Assembly (NCBI GenBank): GCA_001824435.1
Contig: MHXH01000016.1
Span: 14,970-78,969, forward strand
Origin: Parcubacteria group bacterium RIFCSPLOWO2_01_FULL_48_18
GTDB lineage: Bacteria > Patescibacteriota > Minisyncoccia > UBA6257 > WO2-01-48-18
Length of the DNA stretch: 64,000 nucleotides
Direction of reading: 5' to 3'
Positions 9,645 through 17,576 of the stretch are shown here, piece after piece (position 1 is the stretch's first letter; each line of letters opens with the position of its first letter). The position numbers and the translations under genes were made by a program. The notes beneath the pieces were generated by a model that did no database searches, was not told the origin of the DNA, and was given only the letters and a program-made list of their open reading frames with translations.

Positions 9645-9980
9645 ATGGACGCCCCCCCAAACGAAAAACCCAAAGACGAACCTGCGCCGTTCATTATAGG
9701 CGTTGGTTTTGCCGCTCCGGCGGCTCCGGCAACAGGAGAAGACTCTTCTGAAAAAAAACCAGAGGGGATCCCCACGGCCGAACCACAGGATAAATCCTTC
9801 GACGCGGCTACTTCGACTACGCTCAGTACGGGCCAGGATAAACCCCACATGCTTTTTACAACCGGAGCTGAAAAAATTAAGCCGATCTCCGAAAGCAGGC
9901 GGCCGTCAATGGGCCCGGTAGTTCTGGAAAAACAGAAGAAGGAAACGCCGAAAGCGAGAATAGAACTTCCGGAAGAGTAG
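9645..9980 (+). CDS. Hypothetical Pro/Ala-rich small protein with an uncertain start
   Basis: Low-complexity ORF. The track starts it at 9615, and MDAPP at 9645 is a plausible alternative. Confidence 0.3.
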   Translation: MDAPPNEKPKDEPAPFIIGVGFAAPAAPATGEDSSEKKPEGIPTAEPQDKSFDAATSTTLSTGQDKPHMLFTTGAEKIKPISESRRPSMGPVVLEKQKKETPKARIELPEE

Positions 9981-10030
9981 ACCCTAGACCTTAGGCTTTA
10001 GGCTCTAGGCTTTAGGTTTTAGGTTTTAGA
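9978..10030. repeat. Tandem heptamer array (TTAGGCT/TTAGGTT ...), left flank of four-helix-bundle cassette 1
   Basis: Direct reading: tagaccctagaccttaggctttaggctctaggctttaggttttaggttttag. Confidence 0.7.
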
Positions 10031-10086
10031 CGTTGCGTTAGACGCGGAAAAATTAGGATGTAATTTCTAAACCTCTAAAAGCCGAC

Positions 10087-10442
10087 ATGCACACTTATAA
10101 AGACCTTATCGTCTGGCAGAAGTCTATAGAACTGGTTACAAAAATATACCTCTTGACAGAAGGCTTTCCAAAAGAAGAAATCTATGGCCTAACGTCGCAA
10201 ATGAGACGCGCTGCCGTATCCATAGCTTCGAATATTGCTGAAGGCAGGCTACGAGGACATCCAAAAGAATTTAAGCAGTTTTTATTAACTGCTTATGTGG
10301 CTCTGGCGGCGAACTAGAAACACAGATTGAAATCGCCAAACGCCTACCCACCACAAGACGCCTCGATTACACAAGAACAGACGCCCTGCTTAGCGAGGTG
10401 ATGAAAATGTTAAATGCGATGATCTCAAGGACTAGCGCCTAA
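10087..10442 (+). pseudogene. Four-helix-bundle protein (23S rRNA intervening-sequence protein / Avd-like family), frameshifted
   Basis: The N-terminal 76 aa (YKDLIVWQKSIELV...GLTSQMRRAAVSIASNIAEG) match the family. The conserved C-terminal part (GSGGELETQIEIAKRL...MLNAMISRT) continues in another frame after a 2-nt indel near 10297-10300. Confidence 0.65.
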
Positions 10443-10474
10443 CGCCTAGCGCCTAACGGCCTAGCGCCTAAACC
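10429..10474. repeat. Tandem heptamer array (CGCCTAA/CGCCTAG), right flank of cassette 1, inverted relative to the left flank
   Basis: Direct reading. Its reverse complement (TTAGGCG...) mirrors the TTAGGCT array at 9978..10030. Confidence 0.65.
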
Positions 10475-11122
10475 ATGCAGTTTCAAATCCCCCAATTCAT
10501 CGAGACGGAAGATAAAATTGTCGGGCCGTTTACGCTCAAGCAGTTTTTATATTTTGCCGGCGCCGGAGGCATCAGTTTCGTCCTTTACTTCACGCTCAAT
10601 TTTTTCTTCTGGTTTATGATCACATTTTTCCTCGCGCTCGTCGCCGTCGGATTGGCATTTGTCAAGATCAACGGCCTGCCGCTCATCAAAATCCTCATGG
10701 CGGCAGTTGGTTTCATGATGAAGCCGCGGCTCTACGTCTGGCAGAGGCGGCTGGAAGGAAAAACCGTCGAGGTTCCCGAAGACGAGGACGAAGAAACGCC
10801 GGAAAAAGAAAAACCAGCCGAAGACGGGCATCGCCCGGCAATAAGCGGCAGCTTGAGTTCATTGGCCGAAAAGTTGAAAACCGGAAGCTCGTACATTCCA
10901 AAAAGAGAACAACCCATGCCGAGCCGGTTTTCGACGTATACCGCGGCCCCGCCAGCCGCCACCGCTCCGGCCCCAAAAACTGACAACCCACACCAACAGG
11001 CTCCGCAGCCAATCGAAAACCCGACAACACAACCTACGCCGCAACAAAACAACCAGTATGTTGAACTAGAACTGCCCAGCGGAGAAATACAAAAAGCGAA
11101 ACGAGTGGACTATGGTGAATAG
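10475..11122 (+). CDS. PrgI/VirB3-like small membrane protein with a Pro/Gln-rich C-terminal tail
   Basis: The N-terminus (QIPQFIETEDKIVGPFTLKQFLYFAG) plus two TM helices resembles the PrgI (VirB3-like) family. It lies immediately upstream of the VirB4-type ATPase. Confidence 0.5.
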   Translation: MQFQIPQFIETEDKIVGPFTLKQFLYFAGAGGISFVLYFTLNFFFWFMITFFLALVAVGLAFVKINGLPLIKILMAAVGFMMKPRLYVWQRRLEGKTVEVPEDEDEETPEKEKPAEDGHRPAISGSLSSLAEKLKTGSSYIPKREQPMPSRFSTYTAAPPAATAPAPKTDNPHQQAPQPIENPTTQPTPQQNNQYVELELPSGEIQKAKRVDYGE

Positions 11123-11150
11123 ACTAAAGTTGAAAGTTGTAAGTTGAAAG
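11123..11150. repeat. AAGTTGAAAG-type tandem repeat, left terminal repeat of four-helix-bundle cassette 2
   Basis: aaagttgaaagttgtaagttgaaagg. It is the reverse complement of the array at 11591..11623. Confidence 0.65.
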
Positions 11151-11222
11151 GGGTGGATTACAACGAGTAGATTCAAGTTATACGAAGGAGCTAGTTAACC
11201 ATTGATATGATAAAATAAGTAT

Positions 11223-11606
11223 ATGCCGGTAGAAGACCTTGAGGTGTACAAGAAACTTTGCGAACTCGCGCTAGAAATCCATGGAGCTACATTGTCCTTC
11301 CCGCGATTTGAATTGTACGAACTGGGTTCTCAACTAAGACGCTCCTCGAACTCCGCGCCCGCAAACCTCGCTGAAGGCTTCGGTAATAAACACACTAACA
11401 TCTACTTGGAAAGTATCAGCCGGGCGCAAGGAGAAATAAGAGAAACGATACGTCATCTGCGAATGGCCCATCAGAAACAATATATTGTTAAAGAAAAATT
11501 CGAATATTTTATACATGCGTGCCGCGAAAGCTCAAAGATGCTCTACGGACTTGAACGGGGATTAGTACACTCGAAGGCTTTTAAAAATACTACCTTACAA
11601 CTTTAA
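11223..11606 (+). CDS. Four-helix-bundle protein (23S rRNA intervening-sequence protein / Avd-like family), intact and divergent
   Basis: DLEVYKK...FP..ELYELGSQLRRSSNSAPANLAEGFG...GEIRET..HL matches the family pattern. Confidence 0.6.
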   Translation: MPVEDLEVYKKLCELALEIHGATLSFPRFELYELGSQLRRSSNSAPANLAEGFGNKHTNIYLESISRAQGEIRETIRHLRMAHQKQYIVKEKFEYFIHACRESSKMLYGLERGLVHSKAFKNTTLQL

Positions 11607-11623
11607 TCTTTCAACTTTAATCT
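11591..11623. repeat. CAACTTTAATC tandem repeat, right terminal inverted repeat of cassette 2
   Basis: ccttacaactttaatctttcaactttaatct. Its reverse complement shares AAAGTTGAAAG and AAGTTGTAAG with the left repeat. Confidence 0.65.
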
Positions 11624-12280
11624 ATGGTCAACGCGAAACCGGCTACTCAACAAATAGTCGAAATAAAAGAAATTAAGGACGATATCGTATATCTCAAGGG
11701 CGGCGGACTGCGCGCCGTGATTATGGTTTCCGGCGTCAATTTCGACCTGAAATCCGAAGAAGAACAGAATATCCTTCTCTACGGCTATCAAAGTTTCCTT
11801 AATTCGCTTGATTACTCGTTCCAAATCGTTGTTCACTCACGGAAGTTAAACATCGACGGCTACTTGGAAATGCTCCGGCAACGCGAGTTGCAGGAGCAAA
11901 ACGAACTCCTCAAGGCGCAAGTCGCCGAATACGTGGAATTCGTAAGCTCGTTCGTACAGATGAACGCCATCATGTCAAAAACATTTTACGCAGTCGTCCC
12001 GTACGACGTCATCCAGGTAGGGTCAAAAACCATTGCCGGCCTCGGAAGCCTTATGGAAGGAGGATCAAGGGCGCCGGTTGCAACAACAAAGGAAGAAGAC
12101 GAAACCGTAAAAATAACCCAGCTCGAACAGCGAGTCGAACAAGTTCTGGGAGGCATCCGCAGAATGGGACTCCGGGCGGTTCGCCTCAATGCGCAGGAGC
12201 TCATTGAGCTCTACTACAATTTGTATAACCCGGAGGAAAAAGAACGGACGCTCGCAATTGCAAAAGATATGACTACATAG
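11624..12280 (+). CDS. VirB4/TraE-type conjugal-transfer ATPase, N-terminal domain fragment (218 aa)
   Basis: LKGGGLRAVIMVSGVNFDLKSEEEQ is typical of the N-terminus of Gram-positive-type VirB4 proteins. It ends at a TAG immediately before a 93-bp inverted-repeat element. It is in the same frame as 12374..14188. Confidence 0.6.
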   Translation: MVNAKPATQQIVEIKEIKDDIVYLKGGGLRAVIMVSGVNFDLKSEEEQNILLYGYQSFLNSLDYSFQIVVHSRKLNIDGYLEMLRQRELQEQNELLKAQVAEYVEFVSSFVQMNAIMSKTFYAVVPYDVIQVGSKTIAGLGSLMEGGSRAPVATTKEEDETVKITQLEQRVEQVLGGIRRMGLRAVRLNAQELIELYYNLYNPEEKERTLAIAKDMTT

Positions 12281-12373
12281 TCGTATACAGCTTGTAGCTG
12301 GTAGCCGGTAGCTTCTTAATCGTGGTTTAACTTATTACCAAAAAGCTACAAGCTAAAAAGCTACAAGCTAATC
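12281..12373. mobile_element. 93-bp (31-codon, in-frame) inverted-repeat element splitting the VirB4 gene
   Basis: The left end has cagcttgtagctggtagccggtagc and the right end has aaagctacaagctaaaaagctacaagct, forming AGCTTGTAGCT / AGCTACAAGCT inverted repeats. It carries three in-frame stop codons. Confidence 0.55.
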
Positions 12374-14188
12374 ATGGGTTTCATCAATCCGTTTGGCGCG
12401 TCGTCGCCAAAACAAAAAATCGCTGTTCCTACCGCATACGAGATGGGCGGTAAGGACATCAAGGACATAATTTCTCCGCCGGCGCTTGAAATCGAGTCGA
12501 ACTTCCTCAAGCTCGGCAAGAAATTCGTCAAGAGCTACTTCGTATTCACCTATCCCCGCTTTCTTGTCAGCGGCTGGTTTTCTCCGATCATCAACATGGA
12601 CAAGGCGATGGATATCGCCATTTTCGTCCATCCAATCGAAACCGCAACAGCGCTGAAAAAGCTCCGCAGAAAAACCGCTCAAGTCCAAGCGCAGCTCGCC
12701 GAGCGGGAAGAAAAAGGATACGTATCCGACCCGGCGCTCGAAACCGCCTACCAGGACATCGAATCGCTCCGCCAATCGCTCCAGCAATCAACGGAACGCC
12801 TCTTCAATGCAGGGCTGTACTTCACCCTCTACGGAGACACGCTTGAAGAAATAAACGCCGTGGAGTCAAAGATCGTTTCAATCCTCGAGGGCCAGATCGT
12901 GTACACCAAGCCGTGTCTCTTCCAACAGTATGAAGGATTCGTATCAACGCTACCGCTCGGACACGACAAAATACTCATACACACCCCGCTTAATTCCGGA
13001 CCCATTTCTTCGTTCTTCCCGTTCGTTTCTTCTGACCTTACGTCAGACAAGGGTATTCTCTACGGCATCAACCGCCACAACAACAGCCTCGTCATATTTG
13101 ACAGGTTTTCAATGGAAAACGCGAACCAGGTCCTGTTCGCCAAGTCCGGTTCCGGGAAATCCTATACCACTAAGCTCGAAATCCTGCGCTATCTTATGCT
13201 CGGCACCGACATCCTCATCATCGATCCGGAAAACGAGTATCAGAATCTTTCGGACACCGTAGGCGGCGCGTTCTTCAAAATATCCCTGACATCCGATTAC
13301 CACATCAACCCATTCGACATCCCGAAAATTCCGAAAGGAGAAGACCCGGGAGACGTCTTGCGTTCGCATATCGTCAATCTCTCCGGCCTCCTCAAACTAA
13401 TGCTCGGTGGCGTAACGCCCGAGGAAGACGCCGTGTTAGATCGGGCTATCACCGAAACCTACGCCTCACGCGACATCACGCCTGACGCCGACTTTTCGGG
13501 GAAAACGCCGCCGCTCATGCAAGATCTCCAAACCGTGCTTGAAAACATGGAAGGCGCAAAAGACGTTGCCGCAAAATTGGAAAAATATACCAAAGGAACG
13601 TACAGCACGTTCATCAACCAACCGACGAACATCGACGTCAAAAACCGGCTTATCGTATTCAGCTTGCGCGACCTGGAGGACCAGTTGCGGCCGATGGCGA
13701 TGTACATCGTGCTCAATTTCATCTGGGGACTTATCCGCGCAGAGCTTAAACGCCGCCTCCTCATTATCGACGAGGCGTGGTGGATGATGAAAAGCGAAGA
13801 CAGCGCGTCATTTCTCTTCGGCCTGGCCAAGCGCGCGCGGAAATATTACATGGGGGTAAGCACCATCACGCAAGACGTGGAGGACTTTCTAAAGTCACCG
13901 TACGGAAAACCGATCATCACCAACTCGGCAATTCAGATCCTCCTCAAACAGGCGCCTTCTTCTATCGACGCGGTGGCCAAAACATTTAACCTCACCGAAG
14001 CAGAAAAACAACTATTGCTTGAAAGCGGAGTGGGGGAAGGATTGTTTTTTGCCGGACTCAAGCACGCAGCCATCAAGGTCATCGCTTCCTACACCGAAGA
14101 TCAAATCGTCACCACCAACCCGCAACAAATCATGGAGCAACAAAAGCTGTCGGAGCAAATAGAAAAAATGAAGGAAAAAACAAACTAA
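12374..14188 (+). CDS. VirB4/TraE-type conjugal-transfer ATPase, C-terminal ATPase portion (604 aa)
   Basis: Walker A FAKSGSGKSYT and Walker B LLIIDEAWWMM. The YPRFLVSGWFSPII segment is typical of VirB4 just after the N-terminal domain. Confidence 0.75.
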   Translation: MGFINPFGASSPKQKIAVPTAYEMGGKDIKDIISPPALEIESNFLKLGKKFVKSYFVFTYPRFLVSGWFSPIINMDKAMDIAIFVHPIETATALKKLRRKTAQVQAQLAEREEKGYVSDPALETAYQDIESLRQSLQQSTERLFNAGLYFTLYGDTLEEINAVESKIVSILEGQIVYTKPCLFQQYEGFVSTLPLGHDKILIHTPLNSGPISSFFPFVSSDLTSDKGILYGINRHNNSLVIFDRFSMENANQVLFAKSGSGKSYTTKLEILRYLMLGTDILIIDPENEYQNLSDTVGGAFFKISLTSDYHINPFDIPKIPKGEDPGDVLRSHIVNLSGLLKLMLGGVTPEEDAVLDRAITETYASRDITPDADFSGKTPPLMQDLQTVLENMEGAKDVAAKLEKYTKGTYSTFINQPTNIDVKNRLIVFSLRDLEDQLRPMAMYIVLNFIWGLIRAELKRRLLIIDEAWWMMKSEDSASFLFGLAKRARKYYMGVSTITQDVEDFLKSPYGKPIITNSAIQILLKQAPSSIDAVAKTFNLTEAEKQLLLESGVGEGLFFAGLKHAAIKVIASYTEDQIVTTNPQQIMEQQKLSEQIEKMKEKTN

Positions 14189-14191
14189 TCC

Positions 14192-14731
14192 ATGGCCGAA
14201 ACAACCCTGGAACAAAATTATATTGACACAGAGGGGGCGGAGGGGGCTGGGGCATCGGACGATATCCCCCAAGACGAGGAGGGAGGCTCGGCGGGAAACG
14301 AAGCTCAAGCCGCCCGAATGCCGTTTGGATTTGCCGAAACCCTGATAGTCGCTCTTTTTCTTACTATTATCCCCGACATACTAGACCTTGTAAGCACCGC
14401 CGCCCTTGCCACGGTCATCGCAGCGATCATCACATTTGCCCTTGTTATTGTGGACTTCCTGACTGGCATGGGAATGAATATTTATCTTATAATGAAGTTG
14501 GGCGGGCTGAAAGCACGGGTCGCGAAAACGCTTGCCAAAAAGCTGGTTCCATGGATAGTAGCTTGGATTATTGACATGTTCGTTTCCGGAGTAGAGGTAC
14601 TTCCCCTAAGAACGATTACATTTCTCGTAATAGCGGTTCTCTCGAATCTTGAGGCTAAGACAGGGATCGGGCAGAGAGCATTAACCGCGCAAGGAATTAA
14701 AACTTTCCGCGCAAAGGGAATCAAGCCGTAA
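14192..14731 (+). CDS. Hypothetical membrane protein: acidic N-terminus followed by 3-4 TM helices
   Basis: Hydrophobicity pattern. Its start codon lies 4 nt after the VirB4 stop. Confidence 0.4.
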   Translation: MAETTLEQNYIDTEGAEGAGASDDIPQDEEGGSAGNEAQAARMPFGFAETLIVALFLTIIPDILDLVSTAALATVIAAIITFALVIVDFLTGMGMNIYLIMKLGGLKARVAKTLAKKLVPWIVAWIIDMFVSGVEVLPLRTITFLVIAVLSNLEAKTGIGQRALTAQGIKTFRAKGIKP

Positions 14732-14784
14732 CGCATCGAAGGAAAAGGGGCGTATCGGTCATAAAATTACACGCTATTACATTT

Positions 14785-15477
14785 ATGAAGATCGGGGTCC
14801 TTTCGATAAAATACATTTTGCCGATTGGTCTTGCGCTGGCGCTATTTTCAATTGCCATGGCCCAAGCAAATGAACCAGTGCTTATCCTATCGTGGTCTGC
14901 CGATACGAACGTACCGTCCGGCTATGAAGGAAAGACCCTGCCTGTCTTGGATTCCACGATCACCGCATCCGCAGATCTCATAGAAAGAGATAAATTCCTG
15001 GACCTCAGCAGCGCCGAATTTATATGGTCTGTGGATGGCGACGCCTACGGCATCCGGCTCGGCGCACAAACGTTTTCCTTTCCGGTCCGCCAGGCGCGTG
15101 GCGCGAACCATTGGGTACGCCTTGAAATGACGCTGCGCGGCCAGGCATACGAACAAGACCTCTTTATACCGATCAGCTCGCCGCAGCTCGTCATCGCCGC
15201 GCAAACCCCGGACTCCTTGCTTCGCGCGGGCAAGAATACGTTAAACGCCCTTGCTTATTTCTTTTCTGTCGACTCCAAAGAAAGAGATCTCGCCTTTTCG
15301 TGGCAAGTGGACGGCGAAAACGTGCCGGTTGCCGATAACGAGAAACAGGATGAGTTAATTTTGGAGATACCCGAGGGCGCTGAATCCGGATCGGAAATTG
15401 CGATATCCGTTTCCGGACAGAGCGGACTCAATGCTCTCGAATTTGCATCCGGAGACATCGTGATGAGAATTAAATGA
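14785..15477 (+). CDS. Hypothetical secreted protein with a signal peptide
   Basis: MKIGVLSIKYILPIGLALALFSIAMAQA signal peptide. Confidence 0.4.
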   Translation: MKIGVLSIKYILPIGLALALFSIAMAQANEPVLILSWSADTNVPSGYEGKTLPVLDSTITASADLIERDKFLDLSSAEFIWSVDGDAYGIRLGAQTFSFPVRQARGANHWVRLEMTLRGQAYEQDLFIPISSPQLVIAAQTPDSLLRAGKNTLNALAYFFSVDSKERDLAFSWQVDGENVPVADNEKQDELILEIPEGAESGSEIAISVSGQSGLNALEFASGDIVMRIK

Positions 15478-15524
15478 TTCGTCCTCCGGCTTCCTGTGGC
15501 AAACCGGCTGACGGATGGAAAAAC

Positions 15525-15914
15525 ATGAAACTTTTCTTTTTAAAATACTCTACGGCGGCTGGCGCGTTTCTTTCTCTCATGCTGTTTATTTTATGGACGG
15601 CCTCGGCAGAAGCGGTAGCATTTAAGATCGGGTACACATCCGGAGAGATTGATACCTTGGTAAAAAGCGGCGGGGGCTTCGCCGGCTACATAAATAATCT
15701 GTTCCGGTTCGGCCTTAGTGCGGTCGGCATAACAGCTTTCGCCACGATCCTCCTCGGCGCCATAGAATACACGGCTTCCGCGGGAAACAGTTCGCGCCAG
15801 CAGGACGCGAAAGACAGAATTCAAAGCGCCATCTACGGAGTCGTCCTTCTTCTTTTCTCCTATATCCTGCTTAGCACCATCAATCCCAAGATCGTAGAAC
15901 TTAAGCCCCTCTGA
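15525..15914 (+). CDS. VirB2/TrbC-like pilin candidate (small protein with a signal peptide and two hydrophobic segments)
   Basis: A signal peptide, a central hydrophobic helix (SAVGITAFATILLGAI) and a C-terminal TM helix (IYGVVLLLFSYILLSTI) give T-pilin-like topology. The start at 15525 (MKLFF) is preferred over the track's 15474. Confidence 0.4.
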   Translation: MKLFFLKYSTAAGAFLSLMLFILWTASAEAVAFKIGYTSGEIDTLVKSGGGFAGYINNLFRFGLSAVGITAFATILLGAIEYTASAGNSSRQQDAKDRIQSAIYGVVLLLFSYILLSTINPKIVELKPL

Positions 15915-15944
15915 GGCTATGGTTCGCACCCCAAGAATCAAACC

Positions 15945-17042
15945 ATGAAAAAAGTTATTGTTATATTCATCTTAGTACTCATGCTCGCTGCCGCTGTCGG
16001 CGCCATGATTATATTGAGTAAGCGATCGGCGCAGGTCATTACGCAAGAGCGCGCCGTGGAAGAACAGAAAAAAACCGAAGAGCAGAAAAAGCAGGATCCA
16101 CTCAAACGACTTTCCGGCCAGCCGGCACTCGGTTTTTGGTTCTCGCAGGACACGCTATATTACCTCAACGGCGCCGGACAGATTTATTCCGTTAACATCC
16201 AGAACGGCGAGGAAAAGCAAGTCTCTTCCTACGCGATAGAAAACGTGCGAGCCATCACGCCCTCTGCGAAAGGGGATGGAGCGCTCATAACCTTTTCCGA
16301 CCGCGGAGAAAATCTGGTAAGCATGTATCGCGTCGCGGAAAATTCCTGGACGCCGCTCGACAAGAATATACGGTCTGCCGCATGGTCTCCTGACGGCCAA
16401 TGGCTGGCGCAATTACGGGAAACGTTCGGCGGTGTGCTCGTCCTTGAGCTTGTCAAGCTCTCCGGCGGAGAAAGAACCGAGCTCGCCCGCCTATCCATGC
16501 GCGACGCGCGCCTTACCTGGATCGGCGGACAACAACTCATTGTCTCGTCTCCTCCTTCGAAAGATTTTCCGGCCCCTGCGCTCACAATCAACGTCCTAAC
16601 AAAGACCGTCTCGCCGCTCGCGCTTGAAAAACCGGGGCTTTCATTCGCATGGTCAGCGTCAGGTAAACAAGCTCTCGCGTTCTGGGTCGATGACAACGGC
16701 AAAAATCAAACTGCGCTTGTCAATGATTCGGGAGTCGTCCTCAAAAATTTCCAGACGCCACTCCTACCGCACAAATGCGCGTTCAGCGGAGAACAACAGC
16801 TGTACTGCGGCGTGCCGGCAAATGTAAACCTTGCCACCGTGGCCGATTTACCCGATGCATACCTTATGCAAAAGGTTCGTCTTGTGGATCACGTAGCACT
16901 CGTCGACGCACAAACGTCACGTCTCAAGATTATCTTCTCTCGTCAAGAACCCTCGCTCGATATTTACAAACCTCACGTACACGACAACAAACTTTTCTTC
17001 ATCAACCGCTACGATGGCGCCATCTACTCGTTGGAGTTGTAA
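15945..17042 (+). CDS. Membrane-anchored beta-propeller-like (TolB-like) protein, last gene of the locus
   Basis: An N-terminal TM helix and a Lys/Glu linker are followed by repeated strand-rich segments containing WSPDG / AWS motifs. Confidence 0.4.
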   Translation: MKKVIVIFILVLMLAAAVGAMIILSKRSAQVITQERAVEEQKKTEEQKKQDPLKRLSGQPALGFWFSQDTLYYLNGAGQIYSVNIQNGEEKQVSSYAIENVRAITPSAKGDGALITFSDRGENLVSMYRVAENSWTPLDKNIRSAAWSPDGQWLAQLRETFGGVLVLELVKLSGGERTELARLSMRDARLTWIGGQQLIVSSPPSKDFPAPALTINVLTKTVSPLALEKPGLSFAWSASGKQALAFWVDDNGKNQTALVNDSGVVLKNFQTPLLPHKCAFSGEQQLYCGVPANVNLATVADLPDAYLMQKVRLVDHVALVDAQTSRLKIIFSRQEPSLDIYKPHVHDNKLFFINRYDGAIYSLEL

Positions 17043-17126
17043 GTTGCAAGTCGACAGCGGAAAGTTAAAAACCGGACGCAGGAACCGGTTTTTTAATCTT
17101 TCAGCTCACAACTTTAATCTTTAATC
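17033..17126. mobile_element. Cargo-less copy of the AAGTTG inverted-repeat element with an embedded bidirectional terminator hairpin
   Basis: The left end (agttgtaagttgcaag...ggaaagtt) and right end (cacaactttaatctttaatc) match the terminal repeats of cassette 2. The centre is AAAAACCGG-N9-CCGGTTTTTT (17066..17096). Confidence 0.55.
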
Positions 17127-17132
17127 CGATCG

Positions 17133-17576
17133 CTAGTCGAACGGCCTCACCACCACGTGTCGATCTATTCCCTCTCCCTCGCTTGCGGTAACAACGTCCG
17201 GCCGCGTCGCCAACTCAACGTGCACCAAGCGCCTCTCATACGCATTCATGGGCGGCAACGCAACTTCTTTTTTTGTCAGCCCAACCTTGCGGGCGGCGAC
17301 TTTCGCAAGCTCCAAAATAAGTTTCTCGCGGTCGCTGCGATAATTGTTGATATCGACAAAAACGGGCACGACGCCCTGCTTGCGGGCTATCTGCTTAATC
17401 ACAAATTCAAGCGCGTCTTTGAGTTCATCCTTGAGAAAAATGGGCTTGCCGACGGCATCATTAATGTATACGGCAAGCCTCTTCTTCTCGCTGTAGTATT
17501 CAACGACCGGCTCCAAGTATCCCATCAGGCGTATGAGCGTGACCGTTGTTTGTTTTAACGATTCGTTGGGTTCCAT
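17133..17576 (-). CDS. jag: Jag/KhpB-like RNA-binding protein (KH + R3H domains)
   Basis: It lies downstream of yidC. The R3H region reads NAYERRLVHVELA. Confidence 0.65.
   Translation of the reverse strand: MEPNESLKQTTVTLIRLMGYLEPVVEYYSEKKRLAVYINDAVGKPIFLKDELKDALEFVIKQIARKQGVVPVFVDINNYRSDREKLILELAKVAARKVGLTKKEVALPPMNAYERRLVHVELATRPDVVTASEGEGIDRHVVVRPFD

Noticed and set aside
9978-10474. CRISPR array
   Set aside because: The tandem units are only 7-13 nt with no unique spacers. These are microsatellite-like arrays, not CRISPR repeats.
10087-11606. Diversity-generating retroelement (Avd-like four-helix-bundle genes)
   Set aside because: There is no reverse transcriptase ORF (no YxDD motif) and no template/variable repeat pair in the window. 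The four-helix-bundle fold is shared with 23S rRNA intervening-sequence proteins.
4734-17042. Integrative conjugative element or plasmid origin for the T4SS-like locus
   Set aside because: No integrase, relaxase, VirD4 or partition genes, and no flanking tRNA or att-like direct repeats, were seen. It reads as a chromosomal locus, though the limits of the window cannot exclude distant partners.
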